Source: Vicinamibacteria bacterium (GTDB taxonomy: Bacteria > Acidobacteriota > Vicinamibacteria > Vicinamibacterales > JAENWD01). Taken from it: a DNA stretch of 64,000 nt. The DNA lies in assembly GCA_963832135.1 (NCBI GenBank), contig CAWHTD010000016.1:1186445-1250444 (forward strand), written 5' to 3'. Shown one piece after another: positions 62,662 through 64,000 of this stretch (position 1 is the first letter of the stretch; each line of letters opens with the position of its first letter). The position numbers and the translations under genes are program-made. The notes below the pieces were generated by a model. It saw only the letters and a list, made by a program, of their open reading frames with translations. It made no database searches and was not told the DNA's origin.

Positions 62662-64000
62662 TCAGAACCCCTCTTCCGCGAGCTCCAAGGCGCGCACCAC
62701 GGCCCGGGCCTTGTCGCGCGTCTCCTGATACTCGGCGGCCGGATTCGAATCGGCAACGATGCCGCCGCCAGCCTGCACATAAGCCTTGCCGCCGGTCATG
62801 ACGACCGTACGAATCGTGATGCAGAAATCGAGATTCCCGGCAAAGTCGAGATAGCCGACGGCGCCGGCGTAAATGCCGCGGCGCGTCGGTTCGAGGGCCG
62901 AGATGATTTCCATCGCGCGCACCTTCGGCGCGCCCGACACCGTGCCGGCCGGGAAGCACGAGGCCAGCGCATCGAGCCGGTCGGCGTCGGCCGACAGTGT
63001 GCCCTCGACGATCGAGACGAGGTGCATGACGTGAGAGAAGCGTTCGAGGGCCATGAACTTCGGCACGCGCACCGAGCCGTATTCGCACACGCGCCCCACG
63101 TCGTTTCTCCCGAGGTCCACCAGCATCACGTGTTCGGCACGCTCTTTCTCGTTCCTCTTCAGCTCCTCGGCCATTCGCATGTCCTCTTCGCCGTTGCGAC
63201 CGCGCGGTCTGGTGCCGGCAATCGGGTGCGTCTCGACCCGGCGGCCTTCCACGCGCACCAGCATCTCCGGGGAAGAGCCGACGATGGCGAGCCCGCCCAG
63301 ACGCATGAAATACATGTACGGAGAGGGATTCACGTAGCGCAGCGCCCGATACACGGTAAACGGATCGGCGCTGACTTCGGCTTCGAAGCGCTGCGACAGC
63401 ACCACCTGATAGATGTCGCCCGCGGCGATGTGCTCCTTCGCGATTCTGACGTTGGCCTCAAAGGCCTCTTTCGTCATGTTGGAGGTGACGGCGATCGAGC
63501 CGTTCGGCGCGGGACGAGACGAGGAGGACAGGCTCCGTTCGAGCTCGCGCTTCCAGAAATTGAATGCGCGCACACGCGAACTGGTAGAGCGCCTCGAGAT
63601 CGTCGTCTGCCGTGATCCGCGCGTTGGCGATGAGCAGGAGCCGATGCTGCGCGTGATCGAAGCCGAGAATCGTGTCGAACAGCATGAAGGTGGCCAGATC
63701 GGACACGGCGGCCGGCCCGTCGGCAGGCCCGGTGGCCGAGGGCACCGGTTCGAACCAGTGCGCGGCGTCGTAGGCGAGATACCCGACCGCTCCTCCGGTG
63801 AAACGCGGGAGGTCCGGAACATACGGCGCGCGGAAGTCGGCCATGAGCTTCCGCACCGTGGCGATGAACCCTTCGGCGATCTCTTCAGTCTGTCCGGCGC
63901 GTTCGATCGTCGTCTTGCCGTCCCGCGCCCTGACGACGAGAAACGGATCCTTGCCGAGGAAGGAGTATCGCCCGACGTGTTCGCCGCCCTCGACACTTTC
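62662..64000 (-). CDS. trpE: Anthranilate synthase component I (5' truncated by the window; frameshift near 63551)
   Basis: GRYSFL, FTGGAVGYLAYD, NPSPYMY, EHVMLVDLGRND, PAGTVSGAPK. Confidence 0.95.
   Translation of the reverse strand, partial: KVSRAANTSGDTPSSARIRFSSSGRGTARRRSNAPDRLKRSPKGSSPRCGSSWPTSARRMFRTSRVSPEERSGISPTTPRTGSNRCPRPPGLPTGRPPCPIWPPSCCSTRFSASITRSIGSCSSPTRGSRQTTISRRSTSSRVRAFNFWKRELERSLSSSSRPAPNGSIAVTSNMTKEAFEANVRIAKEHIAAGDIYQVVLSQRFEAEVSADPFTVYRALRYVNPSPYMYFMRLGGLAIVGSSPEMLVRVEGRRVETHPIAGTRPRGRNGEEDMRMAEELKRNEKERAEHVMLVDLGRNDVGRVCEYGSVRVPKFMALERFSHVMHLVSIVEGTLSADADRLDALASCFPAGTVSGAPKVRAMEIISALEPTRRGIYAGAVGYLDFAGNLDFCITIRTVVMTGGKAYVQAGGGIVADSNPAAEYQETRDKARAVVRALELAEEGF

Overview
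A 64-kb, GC-rich (roughly two-thirds G+C by eye) chromosomal window. A PadR plus duplicated MacB-type (ADOP) permease pair and the gene style point to Acidobacteriota, probably Vicinamibacteria (inference). Most of it is core genome: PBP1A, TerC, hspR-dnaJ-clpB-ftsH, rho, glcD, aspC, coaD-rsmD-recG, an M16 peptidase pair, lexA, nth, rsmA, rnj, ftsK, an amidase, pepA, scoAB-thiolase and an aromatic supraoperon (trpEGDCFBA-chorismate mutase-aroF-tyrA). The best candidate for an undescribed system is at 10958-16109. It has a BlaI repressor, a BlaR1/M56 transducer whose outer sensor is 7 HEAT (alphaRep-like) repeats instead of a penicillin-binding domain, and two exported HEAT-repeat proteins. Three copies of a non-canonical palindrome, WGCTAA-N4-WTAGCW, link their promoters. 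A second candidate is at 46946-52282: JAMM, Omp85, a SigW-like ECF sigma, an anti-sigma, a bactofilin-like membrane protein and an exported protein, with a SigW-type promoter inside the 3' end of the sigma gene. Intergenic DNA holds several GTAG/GTGG REP families (one inserted in frame in a gene), 7- and 9-bp periodic repeats and a telomere-like (CGGGTTAGG)6 tract. Many genes look leaderless. Several single-base frameshifts in housekeeping genes are most likely sequencing errors. I saw no rRNA, tRNA, CRISPR array, transposase or integrase. All calls are by eye, with no database searches.
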